64,000 bases of DNA from Dehalococcoidia bacterium (GCA_965197645.1 OZ240219.1:768001-832000); one strand, 5' to 3'. Positions 29,047-38,930 are shown, numbered from the stretch's first letter. Program-made: numbers and translations. Notes: generated by a model not told the origin, from the sequence alone.

Positions 29047-30273
29047 TCAGTTCCATTCCAGCTCTTTGCCCCCGATGATAACCGTATCGCCCCCTTTTAC
29101 ACCCGCTTTTTCCAGGGCCTTCTGTACCCCGGCCCGTTCCATCAACGCCGCCACCTGCGCCCTGGCCTCCCAATCTTGCATGTTCGTACCCGATACCAAC
29201 CGCTCGATCTGCTCCGATCGCACTACGAAAGCGTCCCGGTTTCTCTCGACTACAAGTCCCGGGTCCCTCGGGTTCGGTTGATGAACGGTCTCTTCCGGTT
29301 GCTCAGATGTAACACATTCATCGGGAACCTCCTGGACGATAGTTATCACCTTGTCCAGCATCTCCGTAACGCCGATTCCCGTCTCTGCGGACACCTGGAC
29401 CACCGAATGTTTATCGTGGCACTCAAATCCGACAATCCCGTCGGTCAGGTCGGACTTGGTCAGGGATACTATCCGGCGCTTGGTGTCCAGGCCCCGGCCA
29501 TACTTCCTCAGGGCCTCGTCGATCAATTCGTAATCGTTCGCGGCGTCCTCTTGCGTCCCATCGAGGCACAGGAGCAGCGCCCTGGCCCGTTCAGCGTGCT
29601 TTAGGACCTTCAACTCTCCTCCGGCCCAGGTAGAAGGGATCTCCACGAATCCATACTGCTTCCAGTTGTACTCAACCGCCCCCACTATCGGGTCCACGGT
29701 TGTAACCGGATACTCGGCTACCTTGGCCCTAGCGTTTGATAGTCGATTCAACAGGGTCGATTTGCCGCTGTTGGGCAACCCAACAATGGCCACGTCGGAT
29801 ACAGACTTGTAGTCCAGAGTTACCGTTCTTCGGTCACCCTTCTCCCCAGCCTCAGCTATCCGAGGGGCCTGCATGGTCGCCGTGGCAAAGCTCTTGTTGC
29901 CACGGCCCCCGGCGCCCCCTCGAGCCACGATAACCCGCGATCCAGCCTCCACCAAGTCGATAACCCATGAAAGCCCCCTGGCTTTGATAACTGCAGACGT
30001 ACCCACGGGTACACGAACCTCCCGGTCAAGACCAACCCCACCCGACGAGTTCCTTCCTTCACCCGGAACACCATTCTCGGCGACAACCTCTCCCGCGGAG
30101 GATAGATGGCCCAGGCCATAGGCCCCATCCACGCTGATCAGGCAAACCGACCCGCCAGCCCCCCCTCTCCCTCCATCAGGTCCACCGAGCCGGACGTACT
30201 TTTCTCTGCGGAAACTTATAGAGCCCCCTCCACCATCTCCACCTCTCACTTGAATTGTTATTTCATCGATCAA
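29047..30273 (-). CDS. obg: Obg/CgtA GTPase, divergent
   Basis: Gly-rich Obg fold (FRREKYV..GGPDGG), GLPNSGKST, C-terminal DUF1967 (L..AGVK.GDTV.IG); G3 motif degenerate. Confidence 0.85.
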   Translation of the reverse strand: MIDEITIQVRGGDGGGGSISFRREKYVRLGGPDGGRGGAGGSVCLISVDGAYGLGHLSSAGEVVAENGVPGEGRNSSGGVGLDREVRVPVGTSAVIKARGLSWVIDLVEAGSRVIVARGGAGGRGNKSFATATMQAPRIAEAGEKGDRRTVTLDYKSVSDVAIVGLPNSGKSTLLNRLSNARAKVAEYPVTTVDPIVGAVEYNWKQYGFVEIPSTWAGGELKVLKHAERARALLLCLDGTQEDAANDYELIDEALRKYGRGLDTKRRIVSLTKSDLTDGIVGFECHDKHSVVQVSAETGIGVTEMLDKVITIVQEVPDECVTSEQPEETVHQPNPRDPGLVVERNRDAFVVRSEQIERLVSGTNMQDWEARAQVAALMERAGVQKALEKAGVKGGDTVIIGGKELEWN

Positions 30274-30690
30274 TATTCTTCTCTAAGTTAAGAGTGAAGA
30301 TATAACAGTATTAATAGCCTGTCGTTTTATCTAGGTTAGCGCGACGTTTTGGGAGATCTAGGCTGGAAGTTCGTTTTGTGTGTCCCTGCTGTCGGCGTTG
30401 AGACTGAAATAAACCCTGTGCAACCACCGATGTTGGCATGGTTGACATGCTACTTCCGGTCCGGTTGACGGATACGTCGAATGGTATTGGCAACTAACTC
30501 TCTGTCTCCGCTCCACTAAGTGCAGTATACCGATAGTCGACTGGCGGTAATGAGGGTGTAACCATTCGATTTGGCTGTTTAACTGGCACCAACCTCATCA
30601 TAACCTGCAGTTGATTGCAAGTAAGCTGGAGAAATGGCAAACGGAAACGGGTTGAAGGTGAGAAGAACGGGGGGGGCGAGTCGAGGAAGG
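30274..30690. other. Candidate replication origin region between dnaA and obg
   Basis: Non-coding, AT-rich stretch near 30250-30330, adjacent to dnaA; no canonical TTATCCACA boxes seen. Confidence 0.4.
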
Positions 30691-32016
30691 CTAGACGGCT
30701 TCCCGGATCAGTGATAGGACCCGCTTCAAGGTATCGTCCCGCGAGAGCTTGGCGCTGACCCTGCGGCAGGAGGCGGCCACAGACGTTGGCGTCCTGTGCC
30801 CCAACAAAGCTCCGATCCCCATGGCCGACATGCCTAGCTCCTCGTGCAGTAGGAAGATGGCGATGTCTCTGGCTGCCACCAGCTTCTTGTGCCGGCGCTT
30901 GCCGTATAGCTCGTCCGGGGAGAGATCGAAGTGGCGGGCAGCCATCTCTACGATCTCCTCTGCGGATACGTTTCTCTTCTCGATGTCGGTGGCGCCTTGC
31001 AACGCCTCGAAGGCCAGCTCCGCAGTGAAATCGGAGTCGCGGGCGGCGGCGTAGGTCACCACCCGGTGAAGGGCGCCCTCCAGCTGCCTGATGCTACCCC
31101 TAGCTCGGCGGGCGATGGCTTCTATGACCTCTTCGCTGAGCTGGAGCCCCATAGCCTCTGTTTTCGCCGTCAGCATCTCCACCCGGGCCTCCAGGTCCGG
31201 TGTTCGGATGTCTGCCAGCAGCCCGCCCTCGAACCTGGATACCAGCCTTTCGTGGACGGCGGGAATCCGACCCGGGTGACAATCGGCTGCCAGGACTATC
31301 TGCTTGTTGTAGTTGTGCAGGTGGTTGAAGGTGTGGTAGAACCCTTCCTGCGTCTGCTCCTTGGCGCTAATAAACTGAATGTCGTCCAGCAGGAGCACAT
31401 CCAGCTCTCGATACTTGGCTCGAAAGCCCTCGGTGCTTTTCGTTTTGATGCCGGCCACGAGGTCGTTGGTGAACTGCTCGGCACTGGCGTAAAGGACCCG
31501 CATATGGGGGTCGACGGCGTGGCCGATGGCGTGGAGCAAGTGGGTCTTGCCCAAGCCCACGGTTCCGTAGACGAACAATGGGTTGTAGGTCAGGCCGGGC
31601 GCGTCGGTCACCGATCTGGCGGCAGCATAGGCCATCTGATTGAACTCGTTGACGACAAAGCTTTCGAAGGTGTAGCGAGGGTTCAGCCCCCGGGATCGCG
31701 ACCCCCGGGGCGGTGGCGCAGAGACCTCGTCGTCCGCCGATGACGACTCTAGCGGTGTATGCTCCTGACGCAACAGGAACTCGACCGGGATAGGCCGCTT
31801 GAGTATACCTCGAAGGACATCCTCGACCCTGGGCTGCATCCTCTGGCGAAGCCACTCAACTCCAAAGGTGGTGGGCACCCCTACTATGAACTTGTCCTCC
31901 CGGCACTCCAGCCCGACCGTGTCCTTAAGGTATGTTTCGTAGTAAGGCCGCGTGACCTGCAGCTGGAGCTCCCCCAGAGCGGTGTCCCAGATTCTTGCGG
32001 TTTCTTGAGGTTCCAT
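30691..32016 (-). CDS. dnaA: Chromosomal replication initiator DnaA
   Basis: LNPRYTFESFV, YNPLFVYGTVGLGKTHL, LLLDDIQF, TQEGFYHTFN, SRFEGGL. Confidence 0.95.
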   Translation of the reverse strand: MEPQETARIWDTALGELQLQVTRPYYETYLKDTVGLECREDKFIVGVPTTFGVEWLRQRMQPRVEDVLRGILKRPIPVEFLLRQEHTPLESSSADDEVSAPPPRGSRSRGLNPRYTFESFVVNEFNQMAYAAARSVTDAPGLTYNPLFVYGTVGLGKTHLLHAIGHAVDPHMRVLYASAEQFTNDLVAGIKTKSTEGFRAKYRELDVLLLDDIQFISAKEQTQEGFYHTFNHLHNYNKQIVLAADCHPGRIPAVHERLVSRFEGGLLADIRTPDLEARVEMLTAKTEAMGLQLSEEVIEAIARRARGSIRQLEGALHRVVTYAAARDSDFTAELAFEALQGATDIEKRNVSAEEIVEMAARHFDLSPDELYGKRRHKKLVAARDIAIFLLHEELGMSAMGIGALLGHRTPTSVAASCRRVSAKLSRDDTLKRVLSLIREAV

Positions 32017-32340
32017 TAGTTGCTAAAGCCTGCGCCGCCCCGAAAAAAACACAAAAGATCCCCCAAGGAGAAAGCGCATGCTTGAAAAAATCCGCCTCCT
32101 ACAGGCCCCTTATCGACCGCACCGGAAGGCTCCTTCCGGACCTTCCGGACCCCTACGCTCCTGCCTCCCTGCCGACCTTTCGGAGGTCGATTTCTTGGGC
32201 CATCCGACGAGCTTCAAAATCCGTCGGTATAGGGAGGATACCACCCCCGCTTTCGTTGGTGTCAATGGCATTAAAGGCCAATTTTTGCGCTCTTTTACAC
32301 CGATTTTCGAGCCCTGTTCCCAGGCCCAATTTTGGCCCTT

Positions 32341-32369
32341 TTGTACTGCCGAAGCGCCGGCCATATAAT
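32341..32369 (+). promoter_or_regulatory. Sigma70-type promoter of fmt
   Basis: TTGTAC-N17-TATAAT. Confidence 0.7.
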
Positions 32370-32379
32370 GACCTCAAGC

Positions 32380-33330
32380 GTGCTGGATACGGACTCCATA
32401 AGAACGGTTTTCATGGGCACCCCGACCTTTGCGGTGCCTGCTCTGGAAGCCCTGATAGACTCGGGATATCGGGTGGTTGGCGCCTACACCCAGCCGGACC
32501 GGGGTTCGGGTCGTGGCCGAAAACCCGTCGAGTCCCTAGTCAAAGAGCTGGCTCGACAACGAGGTGTCCCGGTCTACCAGACCGCCTCCTTCAAAATGGA
32601 AGATGCCGTCGCTGAGCTGTCCTCTCTGGAGCCGGACCTCATCGTCGTAGCAGCTTACGGTCTGATTCTTCCTCAGGCTGTCCTGGAGATCCCCAGCCAC
32701 GATGTGCTAAACGTCCATCCTTCCCTGCTTCCCCGCCACCGTGGCCCTTCCCCGGTAGCCGGCGCCCTCCTGGCCGGTGACGAAACAACCGGAGTGACGA
32801 TAATGCTCGTCGAGATGCGTGTGGATGCGGGGCCAATACTCAGCCAGACCGAGGTCCCCATCCAGCCGGATGACAACGCCGGTTCGCTCACCGAAAAGCT
32901 GGCCCAACGCGGCGCCGATCTGCTGGTCAAGACCCTGCCCGGCTGGCTGGGGGGCGAGATCGAGCCCCGTGTCCAGGACGATTCCCAGGCAACCTACAGC
33001 AGGATCATCAAGAAGGGGGACGGCGAGATCGACTGGAGTCTTCCCGCGGAGGATATCCGGCGTCGTATCCGTGCCTTCGATCCGTGGCCCGGCGCCTTCA
33101 CCCGATGGCAGGGAAAGCGGCTCAAGGTCCTGGACGCCATCCCCCTCCCCGACGCGCCCCAGCTTCCGCTCGGCAGTGTCTACAGGGGGAGTAACGATAA
33201 CGTCTCCGTGGGGACAGGCACGGGACCGTTGGCTCTTCGGCGGGTCCAGCTGGAGGGCCGTAGACCCGTCGACGTGGATGCCTTCGTCAGGGGATATCCG
33301 ACATTCCCCGGCAGCCTTCTGCCTTCCTGA
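32380..33330 (+). CDS. fmt: Methionyl-tRNA formyltransferase
   Basis: FMGTPTFA, TQPDR..GRG, VAAYG, NVHPSLLPRHRGPSP, DAGPI; GTG start chosen downstream of the -10 box. Confidence 0.95.
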   Translation: MLDTDSIRTVFMGTPTFAVPALEALIDSGYRVVGAYTQPDRGSGRGRKPVESLVKELARQRGVPVYQTASFKMEDAVAELSSLEPDLIVVAAYGLILPQAVLEIPSHDVLNVHPSLLPRHRGPSPVAGALLAGDETTGVTIMLVEMRVDAGPILSQTEVPIQPDDNAGSLTEKLAQRGADLLVKTLPGWLGGEIEPRVQDDSQATYSRIIKKGDGEIDWSLPAEDIRRRIRAFDPWPGAFTRWQGKRLKVLDAIPLPDAPQLPLGSVYRGSNDNVSVGTGTGPLALRRVQLEGRRPVDVDAFVRGYPTFPGSLLPS

Positions 33331-33420
33331 CCTGATCCGCGGTTCAGATTCCTGGTCAGCGCCTGTGTCGATGGAATGGTACCCCAGTCCCGACGGGTTC
33401 CGCCTGCCCTCCCGCCCGGC

Positions 33421-33630
33421 TTGCTTCGCTCCCTTCGACTGCCCTCAGGACTAACTCTCCCCGTCGCTCGCAACGACGGCCTCGTCATTGCGAGACCCGA
33501 CGAAGTCGGGGCGTGGCAATCTAGCCAGATCCGGCCGTTGACCCGGCGGAGTCGTATACCCCACCACCCCAGATTGCTTCGCTCCCACGGACTCCCCTCA
33601 GAACCAACTCCCCTTGTCGCTCGCAACGAC
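33421..33630 (-). repeat. REP-like family 1 cluster (about 1.5 units) between convergent genes
   Basis: TTGCTTCGCT..CTCGCAACGAC, GTCATTGCGAGACCCGACGAAGTCGGGGCGTGGCAATC, and a further GATTGCTTCG..GCAACGAC. Confidence 0.85.
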
Positions 33631-33638
33631 GGCAACCG

Positions 33639-34475
33639 TTAGACTGAGTCCGTACTTCCGTCATTGCTCATCACGTGCTCGGCGATCTCCGAGGCCTTCC
33701 AGAACCCCACGTTGGGCTTGCCCAGCATGTGCCGGATGGTTCGCTCCAGGGCCGATATCCGGCCCGGATGGCCGGTGAGCTGGGGGTGCATCACCAGCGC
33801 CATGCACCGCCCGTCTTTGTACAGCCCGTCGAACTCGGCGATCCAGGTCTTGGCCACCGAGACGGGGCTTCGATTCGGTCCCCTGATGTCGAGGGCCGGG
33901 ACGTAGGCATAGTAGGAAAAATCGTCGAGCAGCCAGTGGAAGGGGATTTCCACCAGACTGCCCTTGTCGGTCTCGAGGATGTAGGGAGCATCGTCGTCGG
34001 ACAGGCTGCTGTCGTAGGCCAGGCCTCGTTCCGCTGCCAGGGTTGCGGTGTTCTTCCCCGGCTCACCCGGGCTCCGATAGCCCACAACCTTCACCCCGGC
34101 CGCCTTTTCCAGGGCCTCCAGTCCGCGGTCCATGTCCTCTGCCTCCTCCTCCAGGCTGATCTCCACCGGCCTCTTGTGCATGTAGCCGTGACCCGAGACC
34201 TCATGTCCCCGCGCGACTATCTCCACGACCATCTCCGGGTACTGCTCCGCGGTGTAACCGGGAGTGAAGAAGGTGCCCTTGAGTCCGTACTCGTCCAGCA
34301 GGTTGAGTATCCTGGGCACTCCCACCCTGGGGCCGTAGTCCCCCATGGTCATCATTACAGGCCGGTTGCGATTGTCCGGGTTGCGGCCTATCCAGCTGCT
34401 CTGCCCGTCGATATCGAAGCCCAAGTTCACAGCGCACTGCACGTCCCCCGGCCAAAGTCCCGTCATTTGGACCAC
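33639..34475 (-). CDS. Polysaccharide deacetylase (PuuE/PgdA-like) family protein
   Basis: FDID, YGPRVGVPRIL, GHEVSGHGY.H, GYRSP, YDSS, MHPQLTG. Confidence 0.88.
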   Translation of the reverse strand: MVQMTGLWPGDVQCAVNLGFDIDGQSSWIGRNPDNRNRPVMMTMGDYGPRVGVPRILNLLDEYGLKGTFFTPGYTAEQYPEMVVEIVARGHEVSGHGYMHKRPVEISLEEEAEDMDRGLEALEKAAGVKVVGYRSPGEPGKNTATLAAERGLAYDSSLSDDDAPYILETDKGSLVEIPFHWLLDDFSYYAYVPALDIRGPNRSPVSVAKTWIAEFDGLYKDGRCMALVMHPQLTGHPGRISALERTIRHMLGKPNVGFWKASEIAEHVMSNDGSTDSV

Positions 34476-34500
34476 CTCGCTCCCACTACTTTCAGGGTCC

Positions 34501-35367
34501 TTACTTAACCTTCGACTTGGGCCCGTAAGGCTCGGGCAGGAACGGCCCGTCGCGGGCCTCGAGGAAGGCCCTCATTCCACCCTTGGCCTGGGCTTCCAGC
34601 AACGCCTCCCGATCCTTGCCGTGGGAGCTGTGGGCAATCGAAGACAATGCAGCGTTGACCTTCATTGCGGCCCCCAGGCCCATCGCTTCCAGGCCCATCC
34701 AGGTGACCGCTTTGTTGATCCGAACCGACGCCTCCGGCACTTTGGAGATCCGCTCCGCCAACGTCCAGGTCTCTTCTTCCAGCTTATCGACGGGCACCAC
34801 CTTGTTGACGATCCCGAGCCGGTACGCCTCCTCTACTCCCATGTGATCACCGGTGAGCCCCCATCGGTGGGCCTGCTTCCAGTTGGTCAGCGCCGCCAGC
34901 AGGAACGACGTGTTGGACACGTGGCGCACCTCGGGCTGCCCGAACACCGCATCTTCGGCAGCGATGGTCATGTCGCAGGCCATGCTGTACCAGAAGCCGC
35001 CACCCAGGCAGTAACCCCGCACCGAAGCGATGACGGGCACACCCAGTTTCCAGATGTGTTGCAGGTTCTGGGTGTGGTCGCCGTCCTGGCCCCACCACCG
35101 TTTGAGATACTGGCCTATTTCAAGCCCCTCGGCATCGTTCATCGACTTGCCGTCCTCCGTGGGCTTGATGTCGTACCCGGCGGAGAAGGAGCGCCCTGCG
35201 CCGGTCAGGATCACGGCGCGGACCTCATCGTCCCGGTCCGCTTCGTCCAGGGCCGAGTGCACCTCCTGCACCAGCTCTTCGCTCAGAGCGTTCAAAGCCT
35301 CCGGTCTGTTCAGCGTAATCTTGGCGATCTTGTCCGCTTTCTCATACAAAATAGCTTCATATGCCAT
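34501..35367 (-). CDS. Enoyl-CoA hydratase/isomerase
   Basis: ITLNRPEALNAL, GRSFSAGYDI, GYCLGGG, FGQPEV. Confidence 0.9.
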   Translation of the reverse strand: MAYEAILYEKADKIAKITLNRPEALNALSEELVQEVHSALDEADRDDEVRAVILTGAGRSFSAGYDIKPTEDGKSMNDAEGLEIGQYLKRWWGQDGDHTQNLQHIWKLGVPVIASVRGYCLGGGFWYSMACDMTIAAEDAVFGQPEVRHVSNTSFLLAALTNWKQAHRWGLTGDHMGVEEAYRLGIVNKVVPVDKLEEETWTLAERISKVPEASVRINKAVTWMGLEAMGLGAAMKVNAALSSIAHSSHGKDREALLEAQAKGGMRAFLEARDGPFLPEPYGPKSKVK

Positions 35368-35434
35368 GTGAACCTCCTAAGGTTGCTGAAGTTGACTGTT
35401 GCTCCTGTACCGTCGGCTTTATCAAACGACTCGC

Positions 35435-36220
35435 TCACGCCGCCGTCCAGCCGGCGTCTATCGTCAGCGTCTGGCCCGTGACCAGGTCCGACGCCGGGGC
35501 CGCCAGGTACACCGCCGCCCCGATCACGTCTTCCCACCTGCCCAGGCGCCCCAAGGGCATCTTCGGCACCATCTCTTCCATGAACGCCGGGTCCCGCACC
35601 CGGGGGCTGTTGGACGGCGTCTCGATGTGCGTAGGCGCCAGGGCGTTCACCGTGATGCCGTAGGGCGCCCACTCCAGCGCCAGAGTCCTGGTCAGAGCTA
35701 TCACCCCGCCCTTGGCCGCGCTGTAGGCCGATCGGTTGGGGTACCCGACCACGCCGAACTGGGAGGACATGTTGATCACCTTTCCAAAGCCCTGCTCTAT
35801 CATCACCTTGCCCACCGCCTTGCAGCAGTAGAACACCGAGGTCAGATTGACCTTGAGCAGCGCCTCCCATTCCTCGGGGTCGAGGTCGACGATCGCTCCA
35901 CCGGCCAGCGGCCTGCCGGCGTTGTTGACCAGGATGTCTATCCTCCCCAACTCCTCGACGGTACGGGCGGTCATCTGTTCGCACTGGGCCGGGTCGGTAA
36001 CGTCGGTGACCGAGACTACGGCTCTCCTGCCCATCCGTTCAACCTGGCGCGCCACCCTCTTCATCTCTTCCTCGCTGCGAGCGGCCAACACCACGTCGGC
36101 GCCGGCGTTGGCCAGGCCGATGGCTATAGCCTCGCCCAACCCACGGCTCGCTCCGGTGACGATGGCCGCCTTCCCGCCCAGGAAGAAGCTGGCCTTGCCC
36201 AGGTTTACTCTCTCTTCCAT
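35435..36220 (-). CDS. Short-chain dehydrogenase/reductase
   Basis: TGASRGLG, DILVNNAG, YSAAK, VNALAP. Confidence 0.92.
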   Translation of the reverse strand: MEERVNLGKASFFLGGKAAIVTGASRGLGEAIAIGLANAGADVVLAARSEEEMKRVARQVERMGRRAVVSVTDVTDPAQCEQMTARTVEELGRIDILVNNAGRPLAGGAIVDLDPEEWEALLKVNLTSVFYCCKAVGKVMIEQGFGKVINMSSQFGVVGYPNRSAYSAAKGGVIALTRTLALEWAPYGITVNALAPTHIETPSNSPRVRDPAFMEEMVPKMPLGRLGRWEDVIGAAVYLAAPASDLVTGQTLTIDAGWTAA

Positions 36221-36311
36221 TGGACTTACATCCTCGTCGATGGGACGTTATCATATCACGCAGCAGTCCAATTCATGGGACAGTCCAACAGACCCGGAGG
36301 GGAGGAACACC

Positions 36312-36752
36312 ATCAGCAGGGCTCGAACGTTCGGCGCTATCCTTCTGCTGGGTCTTCTGGCCGCGGCTCTCGCCGGATGCTGTCCGACCGGGTACGAAGC
36401 CGATCTGGCCGAGCAGATCACCGTTCCCAACTTCGACGCCTCCTATCCCGTTCACGGCGAGGTGCTGACCAAGCCTCCCGACCTGATCGACGTCAGCTTC
36501 AAGACGGAGCTCCAGGAAGGGTCCACCTTCAGCGTGTACCTGTACGATGAGGCCGTGTCCATCGGTGAGGTCGTGATTTCTGAAGACCCCTGGCTGTACG
36601 CCCTGTCCATGGGCGCTTCCTTCGAGGGAGATACGGGAGAGGAAGACTCAGCCGATGGCGTCTACCATGTCTATTACACCGCCTGTTGGGCCGACGGCTC
36701 CTGTGACGAGGGCTTGTTCGGGTTCATCGTTGACTCCACTTCGGCGCAATAA
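36312..36752 (+). CDS. CopC-like lipoprotein (start uncertain; possible ATC start)
   Basis: LAGC lipobox; SYP..GEVL..PP..I.V.F, G.Y.V.Y..CWADG, G.F.F.V pattern of the CopC fold. Confidence 0.6.
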   Translation: MSRARTFGAILLLGLLAAALAGCCPTGYEADLAEQITVPNFDASYPVHGEVLTKPPDLIDVSFKTELQEGSTFSVYLYDEAVSIGEVVISEDPWLYALSMGASFEGDTGEEDSADGVYHVYYTACWADGSCDEGLFGFIVDSTSAQ

Positions 36753-36884
36753 CACATCCTAGTCATTCGCGGGAGCGTCCCGCCAGGTGCCGCCCGGCAA
36801 GTGGAAGGTCGGGATGATAACCGAGCGCAGTCTGCTATAGTTAGCGGCCGAGTCGAATCCATAAATCAAGGGGAGGAGCATCAC

Positions 36885-37436
36885 ATGTCCTGGATCAAGG
36901 AGCCCGGCGACAACCCGTGGAACGTCTACAATGTCATGTCCCTCAACCCAAAGGCGATGCAAGCCATGGCCCGGTTCGGTCAGGCCGCCGCCCATGGTGG
37001 GTCTCCGTTGACGCTGGCCCAGGAAGAGGCGATAGCGACGGTGGTCTCCGTCATCAACAGGTGCCGCTACTGAACCACTCACCACGGAAAGGCTTTCCGT
37101 GACGCCACCGAAGACAGCGAGGCCGCCAGCCACCTGATGCACGACTACACAACCGCCGACCTCGATCCGCAGACCCGGGGCATACTGGACTATGCAGCCA
37201 AGCTTACGCGGGAACCCTGGTCAGTCCGGGAGGAGGACGTGGTTGCGCTCAGGGATCTAGGCCTCACCGATGAGCAGGTGCTGGCGGTGGTCCTCATCGT
37301 CTGCTACTACTCGTTCCTCACCCGCATAGCCGATGGCCTCGGCATCGATATTGAGGGGGGAATCGCCGAGGAGGTCCAGTCCTGGCTCGCCGGCCCCGCC
37401 AAGGAACAGGACTGGCTGGTAAAAAGGCACGGCTAG
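36885..37436 (+). CDS. AhpD/carboxymuconolactone-decarboxylase-like peroxidase selenoprotein (C-R-Y-U63)
   Basis: EAIATVVSVINRCRY-TGA-TTHHG continues in frame into the ORF at 37137-37436; matches the AhpD N.C.YC..H motif. Confidence 0.9.
37083..37101 (+). promoter_or_regulatory. SECIS-like hairpin of the AhpD gene
   Basis: CACGGAAA-GGC-TTTCCGTG, loop G 18 nt after UGA. Confidence 0.7.
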
Positions 37437-37448
37437 AGGAGCGGCAGC

Positions 37449-38378
37449 GTGGTCATCGATATACATAACCACCTCTGGACCCGGGACGCCCTGCCCGATG
37501 CCTGGTGGAAGATGTACTCCACCTTCTTCTCCACCTACATCCCCGACTCTTCCTTCTCCGGCACCCCCGAGGAGATCGACGCCGGGCTCTTCGAAAAGGC
37601 CTTCGACCCCGACGGCGCCAGTTGTCTGCGAGAGATGGACGAGGCCGCAATCGATGTCACGGTCAACATGCCCGTAGACGTCGATTGCGCTATCGGCGCC
37701 CCCGTCAAGCCCATCGAGCAGCAGAACCAGGAGCTTTCCGACCTGGCTAGAAAGCACCCCGATAGGTATCGCTTCTTCTGCTCCATCGATCCTCGCAAAG
37801 AGAGAGCGCTGGAGTTCGTGGAGAGGGCCGTCGAAGACTGGGGGGCCACCGGTTTCAAGCTCCACCCCAACATGACGGGCCTCTATCCCTGGCACGAGAC
37901 GGCCTACCCCATATACGGAAGGCTCCAGGATCTGGGCCTGCCGGTCCTGGCGCACACCGGCCCCATGTTCGAGCCGCTGGAGCCCAAGTTCAGCCACCCC
38001 CGGGAGTTCGATAAGGTCCTTGCCGACTTCCCCGACCTCACCGTCATAGGCGCCCACATGGGACTGATGTACTGGCGAGACCTGGTCGAGATCGCCCAGC
38101 GGAGACACAACCTCCTCACCGACTTCTCGGCCTTCCAGCACGAGGCCGGCGGCAATCTGGGACGCTTTTGTGCGGTCCTGCGTCGCTGCATCGATGGCTT
38201 CGGTGTCGACCGGGTCCTCTTCGGCTGCGACGGCCCCGTTTGGACCATGTGGTACACCCGCAAGTGGTGGGTTGACCTGATAAAGGGCCTCCCCGACAAC
38301 GCCCCCGAGGGGTTCACCTTCACCCAGGATGAGGTCGACGCCTTGCTCTACGTTAATGCCGGGAGGATTCTGAAATAA
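37449..38378 (+). CDS. Amidohydrolase_2 family protein
   Basis: IDIHNH, GFKLHP, HTG, AHMG, RVLFGCDGP. Confidence 0.88.
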   Translation: MVIDIHNHLWTRDALPDAWWKMYSTFFSTYIPDSSFSGTPEEIDAGLFEKAFDPDGASCLREMDEAAIDVTVNMPVDVDCAIGAPVKPIEQQNQELSDLARKHPDRYRFFCSIDPRKERALEFVERAVEDWGATGFKLHPNMTGLYPWHETAYPIYGRLQDLGLPVLAHTGPMFEPLEPKFSHPREFDKVLADFPDLTVIGAHMGLMYWRDLVEIAQRRHNLLTDFSAFQHEAGGNLGRFCAVLRRCIDGFGVDRVLFGCDGPVWTMWYTRKWWVDLIKGLPDNAPEGFTFTQDEVDALLYVNAGRILK

Positions 38379-38380
38379 TA

Positions 38381-38809
38381 ATGGACACCGTAAGAGTCGA
38401 GACGTTCCGAAACCTCCAGCAGGTAGCCACCACCGTCAATCACTCGTTAGTGGCCGACGAGCCGCCCGGCGCCGGAGATGACCTGGGACCCAACCCCTAC
38501 GAGCTCCTCCTCAGCTCCCTGGGCACCTGAACCACCATCACCCTCTCGCTGTATGCGCGGAGAAAAGAGTGGCCCCTGGAGGGTGTTGTTGCCGAGCTCA
38601 GCCACGAGCGGGTCCACGCCAGGGACTGCCAGGAGTGCGAAGAGAACGATGACACCAGGCTGGACGTCATCCGCATCTATCTCCAGCTAAAAGGCCCTCT
38701 CTCCGAGGAGCAGGTCGAAAGGCTGCACCTGATCTCCCAGCGTTGCCCGGTCCATCGCACCTTGGAAGGCGGCCCCAGGATGTTCACCGAGACCGATCTG
38801 GTCTCATAA
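38381..38809 (+). CDS. OsmC/YhfA-like selenoprotein (U50), absent from the ORF track
   Basis: ADEPP..[45 protein letters not shown]; TGA at 38528-38530 sits at the first conserved OsmC Cys. Confidence 0.9.
38543..38562 (+). promoter_or_regulatory. SECIS-like hairpin of the OsmC gene
   Basis: CTCTCGC-TGTAT-GCGCGGAG, weaker stem; same TGTAT loop as the second UGSC gene. Confidence 0.45.
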
Positions 38810-38843
38810 CCCCTACAGCGACGCTGCAATCACCCGCAAACCG

Positions 38844-38930
38844 GGGAGTCCAGAGGGCTTCCCTCTGGCAGGGGGTTTGGGGGATGTGCCCCAAAAGCAA
38901 ATCGTCCCAGGGTGGTTGGGCGGGAAAACA
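38844..38930 (+). repeat. Repeat family 2 copy (partial)
   Basis: GGGAGTCCAGAGGGCTTCCCTCTGGCAGGGGGTTTGGGGGATGTGCCCC..GGGTGGTTGGGCGGGA. Confidence 0.8.
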
